Shown piece by piece: positions 24,292 through 33,564 of a DNA stretch of 64,000 bases. Under the pieces are notes generated by a model, which did no database searches, was not told where the DNA came from, and saw only the letters and a list, made by a program, of their open reading frames with translations. Source of the DNA: Rhizodiscina lignyota (lineage: Eukaryota); the NCBI GenBank assembly GCA_010015805.1, contig ML978128.1, positions 1,550,001-1,614,000 on the forward strand, written 5' to 3'. A program made the position numbers and the translations under genes. Numbering within the stretch: the first letter of the stretch is position 1; each line of letters begins with the position of its first letter.

Positions 24292-24876
24292 ATGCCCAAA
24301 AGAGAACATGTCGACTCACTCACTCATCAAGCGTTGAAGACCATGACGGCGGCTAACGAGAGCAATAACCGGGGTGAACAGTACGTCCACCCACTCCATC
24401 CAGACAGGGACGTACAAGAAGAATTTAAACAGCTGGAGAATGCAACAGAAAGACTTGCTGAGCCACCAAAGAGAGCTTGGAATATACCTTGGATACGCGG
24501 ACCACGGCCCAAGGTGAATTTGGCTGACATGGCCGTCTTCAACCCCACGACGGCGGATGAATTCGATAGGCTCAGCGATGCGCTAGTAGCTGCAATCAAC
24601 AGTCAGGTCCATAAGAAACCCTCCTCGAAGTTTATAATCGATTTGATTAAGGGCATCTGCGAGCAATGCACTATTGGAGAGATAACGCTCGTTATTCAGA
24701 AGCTACAAGAATTAGCAGATTTCAAGAGACTAGGATTGAAGATGGAGCGTACGGATACTGTGAAAGAGATTCTCATTGGAAATACGAACAAGGATATTGA
24801 GAATAGAAGCCATCCGATGATGAACTCGAGGAAATGGAGTTATCGTGTATTTAGCCCGCGTGACTTTGGACTCTGA
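24292..24876 (+). CDS. eIF3j (Hcr1) C-terminal-domain-like protein B, divergent and truncated
   Basis: KVNLADMAVFNPTTADEFDRLSDALV..KFIIDLIKGICEQCTIGEITLVIQKLQELADFK shows the same FNPxT..F..L core as the upstream ORF. Good start context (GCAAGATG). Confidence 0.6.
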   Translation: MPKREHVDSLTHQALKTMTAANESNNRGEQYVHPLHPDRDVQEEFKQLENATERLAEPPKRAWNIPWIRGPRPKVNLADMAVFNPTTADEFDRLSDALVAAINSQVHKKPSSKFIIDLIKGICEQCTIGEITLVIQKLQELADFKRLGLKMERTDTVKEILIGNTNKDIENRSHPMMNSRKWSYRVFSPRDFGL

Positions 24877-25927
24877 TGGAACATCTGTCACTGTCAAGTA
24901 AGATTACCGCTCAGAAGACGAAAACATCTCGGCCTTTCTCAAATGCTAGGAGTCTTATCACATGACTTTGTAGATTAGGAGTCAAACGACACTGATAGTG
25001 TTAAGTGATACAGTGTTGAAGCGTTGGGCTGGGGGGCCAAATAGAACGAAAGGCCGGAAGAATTTCGATTTGAGACAACGAAATCTAGTCATTGGGTAAA
25101 CTATGAGTGAGGCCGTTATGAGTAGAATCCAGTTTTTACACTTTCAATCCCACTTTCCCGAGCTTCGCTTGTCCGAAAGCAGGGGCAGTGGAGTTCTACA
25201 GGGTGTGCTCAATGCATATCATGTGCTCTTATAGACTGAAGCAAAGTCTCAGCGGAATATGACACGCATGGCCGAGAGATCTAGGCGTTTTGATGGGATT
25301 GTGACGGAGGCTAAACGATCTTTGGAGCTATTGATAGCAACCTTTTGGTGACACTTGAGACGTTCCACTGCGCGCATTCGGGCCCGCCAAGTGTCGACCG
25401 TTACGGGCCTCGTAGTGCCGGGACATGGGAAATCTGGACATGACCAAAGTGCCATTCTTGTGGAGATTCTGCTTTGTGAGCGTATTATAAAGATAATCGC
25501 GGGCGGCAGATTGCGCAAACACGACGTATGACGTTTGTCGATGCCAAGCCATGACGTCGTGTAGTAGATCGCATTTGATATTTCTCGAGAAACATTCCCC
25601 ATTGTTTCGTTCCTCAAATCCCGAATTCACTGAGAGTTTCTGAGCACTTCGATCCGAAGCGGTAAGTCTTAAGAGCAACAAAGCCCTCTCTGGAGAATCA
25701 TAGAGCTAATGGAGTTGCCAGACCTTTCCACTACCATACAAATAATAACTGTAAGTCGACAGTAAAGTCATCCATGTACCCCTCATACCCCGCATCTCAC
25801 ATGCGAGACATTTGTTATGGCTTGTTTCGCTTATTCTTGTAATCCGCGTTGAAGGTGAATCACTTTGACTAACGATAAACTCAAGTCATTCCCACACCCA
25901 ACGACAACACTATACACCACAACCAAA

Positions 25928-26134
25928 ATGTCTGCCCCTAACGCCGGCCGCCAGTCTCCCCAGCCTGAGGACCAGACTGGCAAGCAGCAGCAGGATCCAC
26001 CTGCCATGGACCCGAATCAGCAGACTACGGGACCTCAGACCTCCAACACTGAGACGCTCAAGGGCCTTGACTCAAACCCGGCTCATCCGCTGGAGAAGGC
26101 TGCGGAGGACAAGACGTCCAAGACGATGAAGTGA
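25928..26134 (+). CDS. Small (68 aa) hydrophilic conserved fungal protein (MSAPNAGRQSP type); probable 5' UTR intron 25751-25885
   Basis: Strong start context CAAAATG and biased codons. MSAPNAGRQSP..LDSNPAHPLE..AEDKTSK resembles a widespread Pezizomycotina hypothetical family. GTAAGT..GACTAAC..AAG lies upstream. Confidence 0.75.
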   Translation: MSAPNAGRQSPQPEDQTGKQQQDPPAMDPNQQTTGPQTSNTETLKGLDSNPAHPLEKAAEDKTSKTMK

Positions 26135-26474
26135 CTCAGCGTACGGCTGGCGAGCGGTGGCGTTGTGAAGTGCGAAGGGAGGCATCGAGATAGTACGGAG
26201 ACCGTGTCGTGGAGGAGGGAGGGCAAGATCGTGTCGCCGCTGGAAAATATGGGTACTTATTTCCGGGGCAGGCAAGACTACAGGAATGACAGATGACTAT
26301 TTGATCAACGAATGAATGAATCAAAAGAAGAAAGTTCCCCGTATTTACAAATCTATGTGAAAAAAGCTACTGTGCATGATGTGCACACCAGCTCGATATA
26401 GTACAAATGGCTTTACCCAAAGCCCATCCTCGCCTCTATGCTCTTGGCTTCTTGGTATAGTAAAGGAATCATAT

Positions 26475-29400
26475 TCAGGCCTCATGTGGTAAGGCACCCC
26501 ATTCGTTAATAAAATCTCGATCCGTCCCGGAATCATGCATCTGCACCTGAGCTTGCGGAAGGATGCACTTGAGAGACTTCAGATCAGTCTCATGCGCGTC
26601 TTCGGCTTGTAGTGCATCGTCGGATGTCGGTGTCTCTGCACCCTGTGACTCAGCAACTTGTGTGCGTTCATCTGAGATCGGACTCGCATTGATAGGCCGA
26701 ATCCCGAAGCCACCAGACTCCGTATGTAGAAGATCCACAACGCGCTGCACGAAGGTTTGTCGAAGCCGTGCATCTCTTGACCCGGCAGTGCCGGATTTGC
26801 CTCTCGCAAACTCCCTTACAGCACTCCACCAAACACGGTTCCACGCTGTCCTAAGTTCTAGGGCTGCTTCGGCTGCGCCTTCACCAGGAACGCGAATGCT
26901 CAACCAATCGTCCATGACAAGAATGTCATCCGAGTCCGGCTTTCGCTCGATATTGCCACCGAATAGAAGCAATGCCAGGGGGGATACGGGCGAAATGTTA
27001 CCGATGAGACTATTTTTGTTGTTGAGGCGATGCCAGCGGGAATAGACAGCGACAGTGTCTTTGAGTGTGCTGCTGCTCCCGCTCTCTTCCCTTGTCTCAT
27101 GGTATGAAATACTGGCTAACGACATGTAGGAAGCTTGAGCTTTAATACCAATCGGCGTCATGAAGAAATTATCATGCTCATGTGTCGCAATGCCCGCGTA
27201 ATTCCCAGCGACAAGGAGAGCCTGAATAAGCGTGTTGTCGTCTGAACGACTGTTGAAGATGACGTGAGCGTTGCTTTGGTTCGGCGCAACTGTGTTCAGA
27301 ACGAGGCTTCGGAGAGACCTGAACTGTCTGTCGATATTTTCGAATCGTTTGTAGTCAATAAAGTTGTTTGCAGCCCATTCTCTCGCCCATTCTTCTCCTC
27401 GTTCGTCGCGATACTTTCGAATCTCACGATAGGCATTGAGCATGACAATGTGATCGCTCCTAGTCCCTTGAGCGTAAAATTTCCGAACGGCCTTGGCGCG
27501 CCGGCGACTATGTTCGTCTTTAGGGTGAACAAAAAGTGAATCCATTTCCTCAGCAGCAGTGATGATGAGCATAGGCTCCAAGCAGCCGAAGACGGCACCC
27601 ATGTATACCTGCATGCTGTGTTGTGGACTGACAACTGAATTGCATAGAACGTGGCCTAGCCTCGTCAGATCGTCCAATGCGGTCATGGCGCCTATATCCC
27701 GAAGCCGTGCGAGTGCATTGTCGACGCTTTCAGGTGGAGGAGGGTCAATGGTATCGCGAAAATAGTCCTGCACTGGAGCATATTTCCTTACTCGCAAAAC
27801 TCTCTTCATAAGGTCGACTGGTCCGTGATCCTGGTGACGGCTTGTTGGGATGAAAGAGGTGCGTCGCTCCCGACTGAATAGAGCATAATAGTTACCAGGA
27901 CGAACTCGGCCTGTCCTGCCTGCACGTTGCGTGGCGCTGGCCTGACTGATCCAGGAGTTCTCGAATAGCTTGACTCCATAGAGCGGGTCCGTGAAGAAAG
28001 TTCGGCAGAGACCAGAGTCAACGACAAAGTCAACATCTTTCAGAGTCAGAGACGTCTCTGCGACATCCGTCGATAGAAGTATCTTTCGCTCTCCTGCAGT
28101 TCGTGGCGGCATGGCTGCTTCGTCAATTCCTGCACGGTTCATTGCATGAAGTATTATTATACGGTGTTTGGTGCTATCATTGTCCTGAAATAATGAATGC
28201 TCTTCAAGGATTTCCTTGACAGTTTGGATGGTTGCAATTCCGGGAAGAAATACGAGGATGTCACCGGAGACAGTTGACTCCAGAATGTGGGTAATTGTAG
28301 ATACCACCAGACCAAAAGGAGTATGCTGAAGCGAATCTTCCAGTTCAAATCGACTTGACCACTGAACAGGTAAAGTTTCAGGGTTAGCCGGATGGCCATC
28401 GGCGTCTTCGTCTTGTTCCTCCTCCTCTTCCCTCCTCTTATTCCGCTGCTGCAGGCTGAATTCCAGTTCCTGGGTGACATACGAGGAAGAACCGAACTGA
28501 CCGACCAAAATGTTTTGAACAGCCTTTGCTGGACTGTTTTTTTGGAGCTGTCCAATGATATCCTCAAGATAGAATTCTGTTATAGGGAAGCTTCGACCGG
28601 GCACGCTGATTGTTGGGGGACTTTCCATTCCATCAATTTTGAAGTACTGTTCAAAGAGCTTACTTTGAACAGTAGCACTCATGAGAATGATTTTTGGCAT
28701 GGATTTGCCCTGATCCCTCCTCTCTTCGGTAGTTCGCTTAAGCATCGCAAGCAGTTGATCCGTTGCAGCATCTCGCTGATGCACCTCGTCAATAATGAAG
28801 TGTGATGTTCCTTCCAATACCTCATCTGGAAAATTTTCCAATAGCAAAGTCTGGATCTCGGGCGTGCTGTACGTGATGCTGCCACCGAGCTCGGACGTAA
28901 CACGATCGCCACCGCCCACCTGATAACCGACCACTTCGCCGAGAACCTCATCACGTTCTGAAGCTACTCTGTGTGCCAGATTCTTTGCTGCTATACGTCG
29001 TGGTTGGGTACAAACAATGTTGCACTTTGAACCACGCATCCCCCTGATAGCCTCTTCCAAAACGATCTGAGGGATCTGCGTACTTTTTCCACTGCCAGTG
29101 CTGCCAATGACAATGCTGATTGAATGATCCCGGATCAGGTCAAGAATTCTCTGACGATGTTGATTGACTGGCAGGCTCAGCCTCTCATTCCGCATATTCA
29201 CAATCGCCGGATTGATCCAGTAATACTCTTGACTCAAGCGTAAGTTTTGACTTCGAGTATGTTCGCTCATTCGATGTTGATGTGAGTACTGTCGGGCGCG
29301 TGCGGATCTGTAACGTGCCATGAAATTATCTCTGGTTGCGGAAGGAACCTCTCCAGTACTGTCAGGCAAGACTTGATGATCTGCCATCCTGGTACGTTGC

Positions 29401-30815
29401 ACACTCTCGGTCGCTCTTCGGATAACAGCTGAGACGTTGGCGATGCCGGGAGTTTCAATTGGAACAGTACGAGGCAGTGCGAAACCTTGCGTCCTGTCTC
29501 GAGCCTTTTTGAATATATCCATTAACTCGGGATGCTGTTTGACTAGCTCCACAGCAGCCACAAGCCTAACCAGAGATTCTCCTCTGTTCAACCAGTGATA
29601 TAGGACAGGTGGGCCAAGAGCCTTGCCATCCAAAACAGCTTGAAGTTGCCAGACTGGTCTAGAATGATGGAAATGGAGACTCTTTTCGAAAGTAATGGTC
29701 GAAGCCGGATCCATCATCCTGTAGGCATTCAAGAAAGCTGACGCATTGTCGATATTGACTGCTTCGTGATCTCGCAAGTCGAGTCCACCACGTTCGTCAG
29801 AGACTTGGAATTTCTCAGCTGCAATTTTCAGTTGCACGCAGGCCTTTAGCTCCATAGTCGCGCGAGAAAGTCCAGTGGCACTAGCTGTGATTGTCCGCCC
29901 AGAAGGAAGGTTGATAGTGATAGTGACTTGGCCAAAGCTCAGATCACCAACACTTTTCGTTTGCCAGGAATACTGGGGTATGGCCCCATATCGTGCAGCA
30001 TAGTTGTAGACTTGTATTATCGTAGCCCACGTAGATTCCTCAAGGTCCAGCTTCTCCTCGAATCCATCCAAATCTCCCAGATCCTCAGCATTGAAAAGAC
30101 AATCCTGGCTATGCAATACAGCGATCAGATTCATCTGTGCAGCTAACGCTGCTTCATCCCTGGTGTATCCCTCACCCACAACACTGAACCAGTCTTTATC
30201 CCTAAGGCGAGCAGAAAGAACTCGCCGCCAGAAGGGATGTGCGTTTACGGTCGGCCTGATGAGTCGGCTCTCGCCCCGCTGAACTAAATCTCCAGGTCTA
30301 ACTTCTTTAAATGCGTCCAGTAACGCTTCGAAGGATGGAGGATCGAAAAGTGCATCCGGAGCCTCAGGATAGTCGTCCTTTGTTGGATACTCCAACTCCT
30401 CTCGCACCCACTGCTCATCCCGAAGTCGCACGACTTGAGCGGGTGGAGCCATTGTGATGCCTGACTTCACCCTCTTCTTCTTCGGTGTCATCTCCATTGG
30501 CGCTCGCTGGAAGACTTCCAGTTGCGGTGCGAACGACGATTGAAGCCGCAAAGGAGGGATCCATTCCCGCCCATGATGTGATCTCCTCTGTCTATCGTTG
30601 AAAGCTGCGCCAGACACCGAAGGTATGTATGGTGCCGCGCTATCGAACCAGTCTTCCCAATCGATATTTTGGGAGCGTTCTGGGCATGCTGTTGCATAGC
30701 TCCGAGCCCTCGACTTGATCGCGGCATCTTTGGAGCGTTCGTTGAAGCTCCGGGAGGGGAATTTGCGTTCTCGAAGCAGTCGTCGTGTACAGCGACTGCA
30801 CACCCACTGTTGCAT
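26475..30815 (-). CDS. DEAH/RHA-family ATP-dependent RNA helicase (DHX30/RNA helicase A-like), long N-terminal region
   Basis: GSTGSGKSTQIPQ, CTQPRRIAA, FIIDEVH, LMSAT, ILVFLPG, AETSLT, QRAGRTGR, an HA2-like region (LTRLGHVL..SDHIVMLNAY) and an OB-fold region (VSPLALLLFGG). Arg-rich N-terminus; intronless, 1446 aa. Confidence 0.88.
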   Translation of the reverse strand: MQQWVCSRCTRRLLRERKFPSRSFNERSKDAAIKSRARSYATACPERSQNIDWEDWFDSAAPYIPSVSGAAFNDRQRRSHHGREWIPPLRLQSSFAPQLEVFQRAPMEMTPKKKRVKSGITMAPPAQVVRLRDEQWVREELEYPTKDDYPEAPDALFDPPSFEALLDAFKEVRPGDLVQRGESRLIRPTVNAHPFWRRVLSARLRDKDWFSVVGEGYTRDEAALAAQMNLIAVLHSQDCLFNAEDLGDLDGFEEKLDLEESTWATIIQVYNYAARYGAIPQYSWQTKSVGDLSFGQVTITINLPSGRTITASATGLSRATMELKACVQLKIAAEKFQVSDERGGLDLRDHEAVNIDNASAFLNAYRMMDPASTITFEKSLHFHHSRPVWQLQAVLDGKALGPPVLYHWLNRGESLVRLVAAVELVKQHPELMDIFKKARDRTQGFALPRTVPIETPGIANVSAVIRRATESVQRTRMADHQVLPDSTGEVPSATRDNFMARYRSARARQYSHQHRMSEHTRSQNLRLSQEYYWINPAIVNMRNERLSLPVNQHRQRILDLIRDHSISIVIGSTGSGKSTQIPQIVLEEAIRGMRGSKCNIVCTQPRRIAAKNLAHRVASERDEVLGEVVGYQVGGGDRVTSELGGSITYSTPEIQTLLLENFPDEVLEGTSHFIIDEVHQRDAATDQLLAMLKRTTEERRDQGKSMPKIILMSATVQSKLFEQYFKIDGMESPPTISVPGRSFPITEFYLEDIIGQLQKNSPAKAVQNILVGQFGSSSYVTQELEFSLQQRNKRREEEEEQDEDADGHPANPETLPVQWSSRFELEDSLQHTPFGLVVSTITHILESTVSGDILVFLPGIATIQTVKEILEEHSLFQDNDSTKHRIIILHAMNRAGIDEAAMPPRTAGERKILLSTDVAETSLTLKDVDFVVDSGLCRTFFTDPLYGVKLFENSWISQASATQRAGRTGRVRPGNYYALFSRERRTSFIPTSRHQDHGPVDLMKRVLRVRKYAPVQDYFRDTIDPPPPESVDNALARLRDIGAMTALDDLTRLGHVLCNSVVSPQHSMQVYMGAVFGCLEPMLIITAAEEMDSLFVHPKDEHSRRRAKAVRKFYAQGTRSDHIVMLNAYREIRKYRDERGEEWAREWAANNFIDYKRFENIDRQFRSLRSLVLNTVAPNQSNAHVIFNSRSDDNTLIQALLVAGNYAGIATHEHDNFFMTPIGIKAQASYMSLASISYHETREESGSSSTLKDTVAVYSRWHRLNNKNSLIGNISPVSPLALLLFGGNIERKPDSDDILVMDDWLSIRVPGEGAAEAALELRTAWNRVWWSAVREFARGKSGTAGSRDARLRQTFVQRVVDLLHTESGGFGIRPINASPISDERTQVAESQGAETPTSDDALQAEDAHETDLKSLKCILPQAQVQMHDSGTDRDFINEWGALPHEA

Positions 30816-31292
30816 TGGGTATTAGTATTGAGAACTTGCTACGCGCGGGTCGAGAATGTGAAGGACGTACAGGGAGAAGGGCCATTCGCATGAGCCATCA
30901 GCTCAGGGAAGTTCTATTGTGACTTTCTACAATGAAAGTAGAGACAATCGTGCGATTACTGTATCATATTCCACTGGCGAATGGTTGTACTCTTGTTGCT
31001 GGTGGTTCTGAGAGCGCAGACTGGTGACGGGAACGATTCAAAAAGTTCAGATGCTCGGCGACCTCCCGGATGTCGGTCTTGGCATTTCCGCTATGCCCGC
31101 AAATAATGTCTCCTGATCAGATCATGCCATGCGCTTACACGAGTTACGGCATTATTCATGTCACTTCCAATTCAATCATACAGGTATATTTGCATAAATA
31201 CAGAAGCCCCGACCAGTGTCACGAAACCAAGAGCACGACGAAGGCGCCCGTTCTTGAAGAGAAACCCCAGCAGCACATCGCATGAACGTTCC

Positions 31293-32907
31293 TTATATGC
31301 CCAGAGTGAACTCAACGCCGACGTCAATGTCACGAGCCATTTTCACCACCTTTGAGAACTGCACCGCCTTCTCCGCCGCGTTTTGGAGGTCGTCGATTGA
31401 GAAGATCTTGAGCCCGGATTCGTTGATCTAGGGAAACAAAGTAAGCGCGGTTCTTCAAAAACGACCATCGAAAAGGGTAGAAGATAGAGAGCTTACCAGC
31501 TTATGTGCCTGTTCCATATTTGTACCCTGCAGTCTTGCAACTACTGGCGTCCTCAAGTTCATGCTCTGGACTACGCTGATAAGGCCTTTGGCTATAGCGT
31601 CACACCGGACAATGCCACCGAAAATGTTGACGAAGATAGCCGTAACCTTAGGGTCGCTTGTGATCAGGTCAAAAGCTTGCTTGATAGCCTCTGGTGTGGC
31701 ACCACCACCGACATCCAAGAAGTTGGCTGGCTGTCCACCATTCAACTTGATGATATCCATGGTCGCCATCGCGAGACCTGCACCATTGACCAAGCACCCA
31801 ATATCACCATCGAGCTTAATGAAATTCAGGCCATGTTGTGCGGCCTTGACCTCATCCGCGTCTTCTTGCGTCGTGTCTCGGAATGAGAAAATTTCCTCTT
31901 GTCTGAACTCGGCATTGTCGTCAAAGTTGAGCTTCGCATCCATGGCCAAGACCTTGTGATCTGTTGTCTCACTCAGAGGGTTGATCTCGATCTGAGTAGC
32001 ATCCTTCTCCATGAACACTTTGTAGAGTTTTTGGATCGTATCTTTAGCATCTTCGATGCACTGCTCGCTGAAACCAAGTCGAGTCGCGATATCCCTTGCC
32101 ATTTCATCCGTGACGCCCTTGTGGATATCCACCTGGGTCGTGATGATAGCATCCGGATTCTCTTTCGCAACTGTTTCGATGTCCATACCTCCTTGTGACG
32201 ACGCGATGATAACAGGGCCTTGTGAGGAGCGGTCCATGAGAACAGCGAGGTAGAATTCTCGGCGAGCGAATTTTCGTTCGACGATGTAGACGGCGTTGCA
32301 GAGCCGGCCGGCAGCTCCGGTTTGTTTGGTGATCAGCTTATGGCCAATCATCTGGTCTGCAAGTATGCGAGCTTCAGTAGGTCTGGATGAACCTAGATTA
32401 GAGCAATTCAAATCAATAGATGGGTGAGCATACGAATAGATCACCCTTACTCCGCCCTTGAAGCCATTGTCGAAAGTGCCTTTTCCTCGACCTCCAGCCA
32501 GGACCTGAGCTTTGATAACCATGTCATCGCCCTCTGCCGCCCCAGTTAGCATTATGATATTCTAAATTTGTTACAATGGCACAAACCTAATGACTTGGCA
32601 ACCTTCTCCGCCTCTTCAGGTGTTCTGGCAACGCTGCCCTGGGGTACTCCAATGCCATACTGTCATCGATCAGCTTTCCACCTTCGCAAGTTACACCTGC
32701 GGGTCACTGACGCTCTTCAATATATTCGCGGAGAGGTACTCGTGTATGCTTAGATTTCTCTTCTGCTGCAACGCGGGCCTTGCATCCTGTGATGTCAATC
32801 AGCATCCCGCTCTCCCGGGCTCGACTTCCAGGCACGTTGCAGGTTTGTACTTACAGTCGCGGCCCTCAGGACTGAGGCAAACGGCCGGCTGCGAGCGAGT
32901 TTGAACA
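31293..32907 (-). CDS. LSC2: Succinyl-CoA ligase beta subunit, mitochondrial; multi-exon
   Basis: Presequence MFKLARSRP; RNLSIHEYLS, VIKAQVLAGGRGKG, QIEINPL, GCLVNGAGLAMATMD, ANFLDVGGGA, VNIFGGIVRCD. The last exon ends VEFTLGI* at 31293. Confidence 0.95.
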
Positions 32908-33564
32908 TGCTGGCCGTAGGTGACAATCAGGTATGTAATCGCTGGAGGAGCAGCTCTGATGCGCAGCTTCACATGAGACGGTTGTTCCCGCATACATAGC
33001 TGCCAAGCCGCAAGCTCCAAAGCTCGACTGAATCGGAACTAAGCTATTTTTGGTATAGTGCGATATACCCACCCTGAACATCACAACTTGCTTCGTACTT
33101 GATAGCAGCACAAATTAGGCATGGAATATGTATACAAATTCACTCCGATACTTCAAGGCTTTCTCGCCAATTCCTTTGTCTGATCACACATCTATCTCCC
33201 TGGCGTGCCGTTATAGATTTCCCTAACTACAGCAAGCCTTGGACAGGCTGTTCTCTAAAAGGCCTTCTATTTGTCTACTACGATCGGACTCGAGGAATGA
33301 TCCCGTTTATGAGGATGAGACTGAGTCTCTGCTCAAGAGCGACTAACTCGCCTCGTTTCTTAGCTCAGTGTCTTCGATTGGCACACGCAACCCTTCAAAC
33401 TCGGCATGCAGCTCAGCTGGAGTCTGGCCGTTGCTCGGCACGCTACTCAGAATGGACTTGACTGCTCCACGGTCTCTCATTTCTCGCTTCGTCTTTTTTA
33501 GTTCTTTTAATCTTCCTCTCAGATTCAGACTCACTTATACCCTTATGCTATATGCGGCCACATA

